A DNA stretch of 64,000 bases from a virus, in the IMG/VR virus record IMGVR_UViG_3300000976_000011, positions 77,676 through 141,675 of that record, one strand, 5' to 3'. Position 1 is the stretch's first letter; every line of letters starts with the position of its first letter. The notes beneath the pieces were generated by a model, which worked only from the letters and a program-made list of their open reading frames with translations, did not search any database and had not been told where the DNA came from. A program made the translations under genes and the position numbers. This document shows, one piece after another, positions 10,214 through 17,523 of this stretch.

Positions 10214-10396
10214 ATGAAGAAAATTTCATTAATCGTTGTCATTTGTATTATTTTAAACGGATGTGCGGTGCAAACATATAATGGTTCAAGAACTATAGGT
10301 GATGTTACTGCTTATTGTGGTCCAGAGAATTGCAGTTTTTATCATAAGAAATTTGGTTCTATTTTAACTAAACGAACAAAGATTGATAAAAAGTAG
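10214..10396 (+). CDS. small lipoprotein
   Basis: MKKISLIVVICIILNGC lipobox. Confidence 0.7.
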   Translation: MKKISLIVVICIILNGCAVQTYNGSRTIGDVTAYCGPENCSFYHKKFGSILTKRTKIDKK

Positions 10397-10424
10397 TTTA
10401 CATTTTGTCTCAATAGTATATAAT
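10396..10424 (+). promoter_or_regulatory. T4-like early promoter
   Basis: GTTTACA…TATAAT followed by conserved leader CAGTTAAACAAATA. Confidence 0.75.
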
Positions 10425-10460
10425 AGATTCATCAGTTAAACAAATAAAAACATTTATATT

Positions 10461-10613
10461 ATGAAATACGAAATTACATTTAAAAATAAATATGACGGAT
10501 TATTAGAAAATATTATCGTTCGCGATTATAATATGCCTACTAAAGTTTCAGATTTAAGTAATGGACCTTATATTATTATCAAAGTGGAAATTCATCTTCC
10601 TGAAGACGACTAA
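10461..10613 (+). CDS. 50-aa early protein (MKYEITFKNK…), not in ORF track
   Basis: Follows early promoter and the TTATATTATG start context shared with other early genes. Confidence 0.6.
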   Translation: MKYEITFKNKYDGLLENIIVRDYNMPTKVSDLSNGPYIIIKVEIHLPEDD

Positions 10614-10630
10614 ACAAAAGAAAACTGATA

Positions 10631-10697
10631 GGCCAGGCGACTCATCTGGATTCCTATTACCATTTAACTGGAGTCGCCTGGCCGCCTTAGGGTAATA
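10631..10697 (+). ncRNA. candidate cis-regulatory RNA: 13-bp GC stem whose loop can pair with the dexA RBS
   Basis: GGCCAGGCGACTC…GAGTCGCCTGGCC perfect inverted repeat; loop TATTACC complementary to GGTAATA at 10691-10697. Confidence 0.55.
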
Positions 10698-11272
10698 TGA
10701 CTAAAATTTGTAGCATGACAGATATAGAAGCTGTGGGCACCACTGGAGACACTGGTATCCTTTCAGTGTCTACCGTTATCTTTGACTTTGAAGATCCTCA
10801 AAAGAATTACATAGATGAATTTACAACTTACTTAGATGTTAAAGATCAAATTGAAAGATTAGGTCGAACGTTTAGCAAAGATACTATGGACTGGTGGAAA
10901 AAACAAGACCCTGCAGTTTTTAAGTCTCAATTTGCTGGTAAAACTAAGATTGAAGATGGTCTTACTAGCTTATTAAGCTTCTTTGATAATCATGAATGTG
11001 ATTGGCATTTTGCTAAAGGTGTGCATTTTGATATGGCTATTTTAAAAGATGCTTGTCATTCACTAAATCTTAATGATCATCCATTTATTAAAGAGTTTTG
11101 GAAGTGGCAATGTTGTGCTACTATCGGCAGACAATATGAATATGAATTAGGTGAGAAATGGTTAGTTAATAATATGACTCGTAAATATAATAAAGAATTT
11201 GGTGCATCACATGATCCGTTAGTTGATTGTAAAATTCAAATTGAAATCTTAAAAGACTTTACGGTACGATAA
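10697..11272 (+). CDS. dexA: 3'-5' exonuclease, DexA-like (DEDDh)
   Basis: TDIEAVG, TMDWWKKQ, AKGVHFDMAIL, HDPLVDC. Confidence 0.85.
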   Translation: MTKICSMTDIEAVGTTGDTGILSVSTVIFDFEDPQKNYIDEFTTYLDVKDQIERLGRTFSKDTMDWWKKQDPAVFKSQFAGKTKIEDGLTSLLSFFDNHECDWHFAKGVHFDMAILKDACHSLNLNDHPFIKEFWKWQCCATIGRQYEYELGEKWLVNNMTRKYNKEFGASHDPLVDCKIQIEILKDFTVR

Positions 11273-11273
11273 T

Positions 11274-11603
11274 ATGCCTTGTACAATATATGAAGATAGA
11301 GCAAAAACAATTGTTGAACCTAGTAGAAACTCATTAGATAAAATTAAAGTTAAAAATTTAGAAGCGTGTTTGTGCGCCGTTTTAAGAGAACTAAATAGAA
11401 GAAATCTATTAACAGATATTTTAGAATCTTCTTCTATTAAGGGTAAAGTTGATGTGCAATCATGGTGGGAAGAGCACAGAAAAGCTGATATCAATAGAAT
11501 CTCAAAAGTTATTGCTGATTTCTCTGAAGATGATAAAGAACTCACTCACATTACTGACGAAGAAGTAATAAAGCATCTTAATACTACTTCTAGATACACA
11601 TAA
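11274..11603 (+). CDS. conserved phage hypothetical protein
   Basis: MPC…LCAVL…WWEEHRKAD pattern seen in many phage ORFs. Confidence 0.6.
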   Translation: MPCTIYEDRAKTIVEPSRNSLDKIKVKNLEACLCAVLRELNRRNLLTDILESSSIKGKVDVQSWWEEHRKADINRISKVIADFSEDDKELTHITDEEVIKHLNTTSRYT

Positions 11604-11854
11604 TGGATCGTAGAGGATTTTTAAAGAATATTATGATTGCGGGAGTTGCTCCCGCTTTCATAAAAAGCGAATCTTTAATGGGTTTATATGTACCTGAACC
11701 AGAGATTATATTTTTAAATGCAAAACACGGAACAGAGCTTATATTTTTAAATGCAAATAGAGGAACAGAAATAATAGTGCATAAAGCTCGAATGGATTAT
11801 GATACAGGCATTATTCGGTGTCCATATATTCCACAAACGAAATTAATAACTTAA
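11603..11854 (+). CDS. Tat-signal protein carrying a gp23 C-terminal-like peptide
   Basis: MDRRGFLK Tat motif; KARMDYDTGIIRCPYI matches this window's gp23 KGAEKYDAGIFWCPYV. Confidence 0.7.
   Translation: MDRRGFLKNIMIAGVAPAFIKSESLMGLYVPEPEIIFLNAKHGTELIFLNANRGTEIIVHKARMDYDTGIIRCPYIPQTKLIT
11701..11766 (+). repeat. 33-bp tandem duplication (EIIFLNAKHGT / ELIFLNANRGT)
   Basis: Two near-identical 33-nt units at 11701 and 11734. Confidence 0.85.
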
Positions 11855-11866
11855 CAGGAGTAAAAT

Positions 11867-12277
11867 ATGTTTGAATCAATTGGTAATTTTTTAGATAATG
11901 TATGGGGTGGATTATTTTCATTTAATCCTTTAGATCCTTGGGCCGCAGGCTTTTATTTTTTACCATTAGTTATTTGTGCTATCTCGTATATTTTTGAAAC
12001 AATATCAGATTTAGCAATAGATGCTCGTCATTTAAAAGAATATAATAATGGTGATCATAGTTATTATGATCCGAAAACTACAGTTGGATTAATTCTAGGT
12101 AGAGCCTTTTTAACTGTACTACCAGCTGTTAATATATTTGTAGCTATCTTTTCTAGACTTGGACAAATTTTAGATTGGCTAGGAAAAACATTTAATATAG
12201 CTATTATAGGAAAGAAGCAATCCAGATCATTTGAAGAAACTCAAAAAGTAAAAGCAGCAAAAAGAAATGCATCGTAG
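11867..12277 (+). CDS. membrane protein
   Basis: AGGAG RBS; two hydrophobic segments. Confidence 0.65.
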   Translation: MFESIGNFLDNVWGGLFSFNPLDPWAAGFYFLPLVICAISYIFETISDLAIDARHLKEYNNGDHSYYDPKTTVGLILGRAFLTVLPAVNIFVAIFSRLGQILDWLGKTFNIAIIGKKQSRSFEETQKVKAAKRNAS

Positions 12278-12314
12278 AGGATTTTTAAAGAATATTATGA
12301 AAGCGAATCTTTAA
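12267..12314 (+). pseudogene. frameshifted duplicate of the Tat signal of 11603 (MHRRGFLKNIMKANL*)
   Basis: Near-identical to 11603-11697 apart from a 28-nt deletion. Confidence 0.75.
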
Positions 12315-12511
12315 TGGGTTTATTTGTACCTGAATCTAAAATACAATCCTTATATAAACCCATATTAATATCTATGCCAAGAAAAATATATCCTCTTTCA
12401 ATTATTGAAGATGTAAATGAAGTTAAACCTGTCATAAACGACAAAGAAAAACTTAAAGAAATGAATGAAAATATAAACGATAATTTAGGTATAATTATTG
12501 AATTTGTATAA
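12314..12511 (+). CDS. small protein carrying a gp23 Gol-region-like peptide
   Basis: YKPILISMPRKIYPLSIIEDVNEVKPV vs gp23 YDPVLISMTRRAMPSLIAFDMAGVQPM (12/27 identical). Confidence 0.7.
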   Translation: MGLFVPESKIQSLYKPILISMPRKIYPLSIIEDVNEVKPVINDKEKLKEMNENINDNLGIIIEFV

Positions 12512-12543
12512 GTAAATAAATATCTCTATATGAGGTATTTTAA

Positions 12544-13119
12544 ATGAAACGGATAGCAATTAGTATAGGACATTATCCAGAGAAATCTGGTGCAAGATTT
12601 GAGGATCTTATTGAACATGAAATAGCTGGCGAATGGGTCGACAAGATTTTAGACACTTTCGACGATATATATGACTTCGATTGTGAAGAACCAATATTTG
12701 AATTTATTCCTGTTCCAGTAGGCACCCTTAGAGAAAAAGTAAAGTGGATTAATAGTCATGATTTTGATTATGCTATTGAAATGCATTTTAATTCAGTTGG
12801 TGGTGCTATAGTATCAGGAGCAGAAACCCTTTATATGCCTGGTAGCTATAGAGGTAGACAATTTGCATCTATAGTTCAAGATTACACAATAGTTCCTTTA
12901 AATATTAGAGATCGCGGTATTAAAGAAGGACTTTACTGGTCTTCTAGAGAAAGAACAAATACTCCTTTATATTTTTTAAGAAGAACAAATTGTCCTGCTA
13001 TTATTATGGAACCAGAGTTTCTTCAATCATATAAAAGGACTATAAATAATCGTAAGATAGTAGATTTTTGCTACGCTTTAATCGATGCTCTAGAAACAGT
13101 TGTTCTAGATGAAATTTAA
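12544..13119 (+). CDS. N-acetylmuramoyl-L-alanine amidase (Amidase_3), probable endolysin
   Basis: IAISIGH…E…EMHFNS…SGAE…LYFLRRTNCPAIIMEPEF. Confidence 0.9.
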   Translation: MKRIAISIGHYPEKSGARFEDLIEHEIAGEWVDKILDTFDDIYDFDCEEPIFEFIPVPVGTLREKVKWINSHDFDYAIEMHFNSVGGAIVSGAETLYMPGSYRGRQFASIVQDYTIVPLNIRDRGIKEGLYWSSRERTNTPLYFLRRTNCPAIIMEPEFLQSYKRTINNRKIVDFCYALIDALETVVLDEI

Positions 13120-13138
13120 CAAAAAGAGAAAATATAAA

Positions 13139-13693
13139 ATGAGTTTAACTAAAATAAAAGGCGTCGGCGAAAAAGTAGCTAAGTCTATTACAGAATTAAC
13201 AGGTATTAGTACGCTTGAAGATTTTGCAGTGATTGATCAAGACACTATTCAAAAAATTGCTGATGAGGTTCCTGGTGGTCCAGCTAAAGTAGCTGGTTGG
13301 GTTGAGCAAGCTAAAGGATTAGTTGATGTTGTGGTTGAGGAAGAAATTGTTGATCCTGAAGCTGAAATTCAGGAAGATGAAGAAGAAACAACCGTTGAAG
13401 ATGTTGTTGAAGATTCTGAGGAAGTTGAGGAAACTATTGAAGAAAATCCTGCAGATATTGTTGTTTCTGATGTTGTCGATGATAATATTTCTGATGATGC
13501 TGTTGAAAAGTTAGATGTTTTAGATTGGTTTGAATTGAAAGGAATGAATATGCTAGAGCTTGGTTACGCTCGATCGAGCATTTTAATCGCTGCAGCTTCA
13601 TATTATGGATTAGAGAAGCGTGATGTATTAAAGAATATTAATTTAAGTATTAGCACCAAAGATAATCTATTAAAGGCTATTAAAGGCGTTTAA
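13139..13693 (+). CDS. helix-hairpin-helix domain protein with long acidic linker
   Basis: SLTKIKGVGEKVAK HhH motif, W..QAK; E/D-rich centre; start at MSLTK preferred. Confidence 0.65.
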   Translation: MSLTKIKGVGEKVAKSITELTGISTLEDFAVIDQDTIQKIADEVPGGPAKVAGWVEQAKGLVDVVVEEEIVDPEAEIQEDEEETTVEDVVEDSEEVEETIEENPADIVVSDVVDDNISDDAVEKLDVLDWFELKGMNMLELGYARSSILIAAASYYGLEKRDVLKNINLSISTKDNLLKAIKGV

Positions 13694-13719
13694 TATGATT
13701 ATAAGAGAAGAATGGTACT

Positions 13720-13750
13720 AATTAAAAGGAGCTTATTGCTCCTTTTAATT
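13720..13750. terminator. intrinsic terminator (bidirectional-type)
   Basis: AATTAAAAGGAGC-TTATT-GCTCCTTTTAATT. Confidence 0.85.
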
Positions 13751-13778
13751 TTACTATTATTAACAAGTGTTATATAAT
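13750..13778 (+). promoter_or_regulatory. early promoter
   Basis: TTTACT-17-TATAAT. Confidence 0.7.
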
Positions 13779-13816
13779 GTTTAAAATTAAAAATATATTA
13801 ATAATGGAGTTTTATC

Positions 13817-14359
13817 ATGCATCAAGAATTTCAATTTCAGAATTACATCATACGCCATACTGAAAATAAAAGTATCGCTTTCCACAAAACTTTTAAAGAT
13901 AGATTTCAAAAATTTGTTGGATTGGATGCAGTATCTCAAGCCAAAGATTGGGTAAGAAATTTCTGTGAAAAATCAAGAACTTCTTGGAAAAATGTAAATC
14001 AATGTTGTATAAGTTTTAATTCTACATTCATTTATGATATAATGGGCGAAGAAGATTTCTTTTCATTTGATATGATTAAAGAAGCCGATGACATATTTTT
14101 TAAAGTTTATTGTGATTATAACAAAGGTCAATTTAAAACATATGGAAAATCTACTAGAAAGAAGCCTTGTGTTGGAGCCGAATGGCATGGTTCACCGAAT
14201 TTAATTGAACAGAATAGATTTTTGCCAAATGCTAGATACTCTTTAGAAGAAATTGAAAATAATACTTTTAAATTAATATTTGATAGTATCATTGAAGATA
14301 AGTCCCAGAGATACTCTTTAGGTATTCCTGGAATAATGTTTTATAGTATGAGGAAATAA
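13817..14359 (+). CDS. hypothetical early protein
   Basis: GGAG RBS after early promoter; 180 aa. Confidence 0.65.
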   Translation: MHQEFQFQNYIIRHTENKSIAFHKTFKDRFQKFVGLDAVSQAKDWVRNFCEKSRTSWKNVNQCCISFNSTFIYDIMGEEDFFSFDMIKEADDIFFKVYCDYNKGQFKTYGKSTRKKPCVGAEWHGSPNLIEQNRFLPNARYSLEEIENNTFKLIFDSIIEDKSQRYSLGIPGIMFYSMRK

Positions 14360-14362
14360 ATT

Positions 14363-14623
14363 ATGAGAAATTCTGGCTTTACTTTGATAGATCTAATGAT
14401 TGTTATATCCATTATTGGAATTTTAGCTGCGGTTGATTTATACTTTCTTTATCAAGATTGGAAAAATCAAAAATTAAGCGGAGAAAATAGCCCAAATATA
14501 ATTAAAATGGATAGTATATCTGACATTACAAAAGAAGAAAGATTTGCTCAATTATTAGTTGAAAAGCATAGAATTGAAAAGGAAATAGAGAGGTTAAGTA
14601 AATTAGAGAAGCTTGTAAAGTAG
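14363..14623 (+). CDS. type IV prepilin-like protein (class III signal peptide)
   Basis: MRNSG|FTLIDLMIVISIIGILAAV. Confidence 0.8.
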   Translation: MRNSGFTLIDLMIVISIIGILAAVDLYFLYQDWKNQKLSGENSPNIIKMDSISDITKEERFAQLLVEKHRIEKEIERLSKLEKLVK

Positions 14624-14688
14624 GAACATGCATTTTATCTCTTGAAGATAATAATGTAACACCTCTTATTCAAGTCAAGCAATAATAT

Positions 14689-14717
14689 TTTACTTTTATT
14701 ATTTATTAGTATATAAT
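14689..14717 (+). promoter_or_regulatory. early promoter
   Basis: TTTACT-17-TATAAT. Confidence 0.65.
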
Positions 14718-14793
14718 TAAATTCCTTATATAGATGATTTAATATTAATTTAATTGAGGAACATATTATGAATTAGTTAATAGAAATATTAAC

Positions 14794-14823
14794 AAAAATG
14801 GGAACCTAATGGTTCCCATTTTT
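14794..14823. terminator. bidirectional intrinsic terminator
   Basis: AAAAATGGGAACC-TAAT-GGTTCCCATTTTT. Confidence 0.85.
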
Positions 14824-14954
14824 TATTCTTCGATTTTAAATAAATTTTTAATTGTATTGAATAATTCCTTTAATCCAAATTTTCTTTTATCCAAAAATAA
14901 GATTATTGATATTACTCCTACACCTAGCAAGATAATTATTAATTCTTTTTCCAT
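14823..14954 (-). CDS. 43-aa single-TM protein (MEKELIIILLGVGV…), not in ORF track
   Basis: AGGT RBS, hydrophobic N-terminus, stop immediately before terminator. Confidence 0.55.
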   Translation of the reverse strand: MEKELIIILLGVGVISIILFLDKRKFGLKELFNTIKNLFKIEE

Positions 14955-15327
14955 AACCTATCCCGGCTCCCCCAGCAAGTATAAGTTGTAACAATAAAAG
15001 ATTAACGGAGATAATCCAAGAAATCTCTGCTTCCGCAATCTCGGCTATTTTAGGTAAATCAATAATCACTCGCAGACAATATAGATATGCTATTGCATGA
15101 TTTATTTCATTACCTTTTAAATCTTTACATCCTATTAATGCTATAACAGCTCCAACTAAGAAAGAGAATGACGAGAAATCATTCAAATTAAAAGTTGGTA
15201 ATAGAAGACCTAATGTATTTGTAGTAAAAAGAGCTATAGATACTTGTTTATTGTGTTTAAAGCATATAAAGGAAGTCAAATATACTATTAAAAATATTAT
15301 GTTCTCCATCATAAAATTTGTTATCAT
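14887..15327 (-). CDS. multi-pass membrane protein
   Basis: Four to five hydrophobic segments. Confidence 0.65.
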   Translation of the reverse strand: MITNFMMENIIFLIVYLTSFICFKHNKQVSIALFTTNTLGLLLPTFNLNDFSSFSFLVGAVIALIGCKDLKGNEINHAIAYLYCLRVIIDLPKIAEIAEAEISWIISVNLLLLQLILAGGAGIGYGKRINNYLARCRSNINNLIFG

Positions 15328-15644
15328 CTTCTTGTACCACCGAATCTTCTGAAATCTTCAGTTGTTAATTTACGATAACCTAAATCTTGATAACCTTCTG
15401 ATAATGCTTTATGTGCTATTTCTACTCGTTCAACCGCAGCTAAAGCTTCATAAACGTAAGATCTAATTTCACCTAAATCTACATTCTGTACTACTTCATC
15501 ATCTAAATCTTTGTTAGTATCTTTTAAAGCTTGTTCTAAACAATCTAAAGCCTGATTAGTATACTTTAAATATTTTACTCTGGCTTTTGAAAGCATATAT
15601 CCAGTTAATATCTGACTATCTAATGGTTCTCTTTTATCAGTCAT
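15324..15644 (-). CDS. helical hypothetical protein ending …RRFGGTRR
   Basis: ORF track; start at MTDK after AGGA. Confidence 0.6.
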   Translation of the reverse strand: MTDKREPLDSQILTGYMLSKARVKYLKYTNQALDCLEQALKDTNKDLDDEVVQNVDLGEIRSYVYEALAAVERVEIAHKALSEGYQDLGYRKLTTEDFRRFGGTRR

Positions 15645-15810
15645 CTTCCTTTTCCTCAAGTTTTTCAACGTCCTTTTCTAACATCTCTAATCTATATAAG
15701 ATTAGTTCAATTTTACCATCGTGTTTTATCAGCATAGCAGCTCCAGCCAACAATGCTGTAAATATAATTGTAATAAAAGCTGAGCCAATCTTATCCTTTA
15801 ATCCATTCAT
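15637..15810 (-). CDS. 57-aa TM + coiled-coil protein (MNGLKDKIGSAFITIIFTALLAGAAML…), not in ORF track
   Basis: Open frame, one TM, overlaps next gene; AATAAATA upstream. Confidence 0.6.
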   Translation of the reverse strand: MNGLKDKIGSAFITIIFTALLAGAAMLIKHDGKIELILYRLEMLEKDVEKLEEKEDD

Positions 15811-15866
15811 ATTGATTGACTTAATGTTCTCTTTTTGATTGATTTTAAATATTTATTAAAAAATGA

Positions 15867-15934
15867 TTCACTTTTCGCTATAAATTGATTATAATATTCA
15901 TATTAGTTAAACAAAATAGGAAACTTATATTATG
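15867..15934 (+). promoter_or_regulatory. early promoter and conserved leader/RBS
   Basis: TTCACT-17-TATAAT then AGTTAAACAAAATAGGAAACTTATATTATG. Confidence 0.75.
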
Positions 15935-16348
15935 ACTATCAATAAAAATACAGTAATTGAAAATCGAGACAAAATTAATGAGTATTTAAAAGCATTAGGT
16001 GATCTTTTAGATATGGATTTCCATGCTGGAAATTGTAGCTATGACGGCGATAAAGCTACTTATAAATTAGAAATGCGAGCCCGTCGAACTGATGGCAAAT
16101 CAACTCAAGAAGTAGAATTTGAGAAAAATAAGTTGAGACATTTTGGCTTATTTAATGTTGAATTTGGTGATACTTTCAAAGATCGAAGAGGCGAAACTTT
16201 TTCTGTAGCTGGATGTGCAGCTAGAAGAAACAAATATTCTTTATATGGTAAATCTAATAATGGTAAAACTTATAAATTTGCTATTGAAGATGTAACATTT
16301 GACCGAGTTGGTTCTGATGCATATATGGATGCAGATTTAGCTCAATAA
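15932..16348 (+). CDS. conserved phage early protein
   Basis: 138 aa; FGDTF…G…R..KYS…NGKTYKF. Confidence 0.65.
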   Translation: MTINKNTVIENRDKINEYLKALGDLLDMDFHAGNCSYDGDKATYKLEMRARRTDGKSTQEVEFEKNKLRHFGLFNVEFGDTFKDRRGETFSVAGCAARRNKYSLYGKSNNGKTYKFAIEDVTFDRVGSDAYMDADLAQ

Positions 16349-16365
16349 AATAGGAAACTTATATT

Positions 16366-16794
16366 ATGAAAGTAGCATATAATGGTTGTTATGGCGGATT
16401 TAGTCTTTCGCCTTTCGCGGAAACTATTTACCAAGAACTTAAAGGTTTGACTTTAACTTGGTATGAGGGAATAGGTAGATATCCATACACTTCATATAAA
16501 AAGATAGACGATATTGAGTCTTATAAAAACTCTTCTATATTTGGTTTGTCTCCATCAAAGGTTGATTTAGGTGAAAATCCTAAAGAGATTCCAAATGAGC
16601 ACTATTATTATAATGAGTGGGCAGATGAAGATCGCTCAGATCCTGACTTAATAGCGGTGATTGAGAAGCTAGGTGAAAAGGCTAATGGTATGTGTGCAAA
16701 TTTGTGTATTGAAGAGATTCCTGATGGAGCAGAATATGAAATTGATGAGTATGACGGCTTCGAATCAGTAGTTCCGCCGCGCTGGCGGTGGTAA
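16366..16794 (+). CDS. conserved phage hypothetical protein
   Basis: KVAYNGCYGGFSLS…RSDPDLIAVIEKLG…IEEIPDG…EYDGFESV family pattern. Confidence 0.75.
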   Translation: MKVAYNGCYGGFSLSPFAETIYQELKGLTLTWYEGIGRYPYTSYKKIDDIESYKNSSIFGLSPSKVDLGENPKEIPNEHYYYNEWADEDRSDPDLIAVIEKLGEKANGMCANLCIEEIPDGAEYEIDEYDGFESVVPPRWRW

Positions 16795-16804
16795 AATAAT
16801 TGTT

Positions 16805-17425
16805 TTACTTAAATTTACAGTTAGAAAAATGATATCTTTTCATATTGCCAGTGCCGCCTTCTTTTCTACAATAAGGGCATTTAATTATTTCTTGAGGCCC
16901 TTTAGATTTTCCCTTACCACTTTTAGACATTTTCTTTCTGGTTTCCTTAGTGTGAGTTTTACCATAAAAAGGATTACCTGAACCCATTCTGTTTTTAGAT
17001 TGATTTAATTTTCTTTCTTCGGAATGTGGAATGTTTGATAAATGGTGCTCTCCTTTCTTTATTTTAAAGCTCGGATGATTCACGCCGCTTATAGACTTCA
17101 CAAATTTTAATCTTGTTTCTTCATATAAGTTAGATTTATATTTTTTATTAAAATTAGACATCATGTTCCAAGCTGCTAGCATCTTAAAAAGAGATTTACC
17201 TTTTGTAAACTTTGTTAACAAAATATGTGCTATATAATGTTCCCTAGCTGAAAGTAGTACTAGGTTCTCAGGATCATCTGAACCGTCCATAGATCTAGGT
17301 ATTATATGGTGTGATTCATAATAAATTTCTGCAGTTTTAACTCGATTAAGCTTACTTCTAGATTCCATTAAGTTATAATACCATTTGGAATATTTGTTAA
17401 TAATAAAATCTCTATGAATAAACAT
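16805..17425 (-). mobile_element. HNH homing endonuclease with NUMOD3 repeats and C-terminal Cys/His knuckle
   Basis: YYESHHIIPRS…NLVLLSAREHYIAHILL; NPFYGKTHTKETRKKMS; CPYC…HFSNC. Confidence 0.9.
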
Positions 17426-17435
17426 ATTTGCTCCT

Positions 17436-17523
17436 TATAAATAAAATTATGAGGGACAGCAATGATGCTCCGTTGTTTCCTTAAGCTACAACTTAAGGAT
17501 TACCTCAATTTTTAATATTTATA
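17436..17523 (+). ncRNA. HNH-associated structured small RNA, copy A, between convergent late promoters
   Basis: TATAAATA…GAGGGACAGC-loop-GTTGTT-[8-bp stem/6-nt loop]-TTACCTC…TATTTATA; same architecture at 47780-47871. Confidence 0.75.

Noticed and set aside
13139-13693. Calling the acidic HhH protein T4 Inh
   Set aside because: Only compositional similarity; no convincing motif match.
17449-17484. Micropeptide MRDS… encoded by the HNH-associated element (also at 47796)
   Set aside because: Lengths (11 vs 6 aa) and sequence after MRDS differ, whereas base pairing is conserved, so RNA structure explains the conservation better. Not fully excluded.
17436-17523. Element as IscB/HEARO omega-RNA or a group I intron
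   Set aside because: Far too short; the proteins lack RuvC/PLMP motifs; no intron core or interrupted gene.
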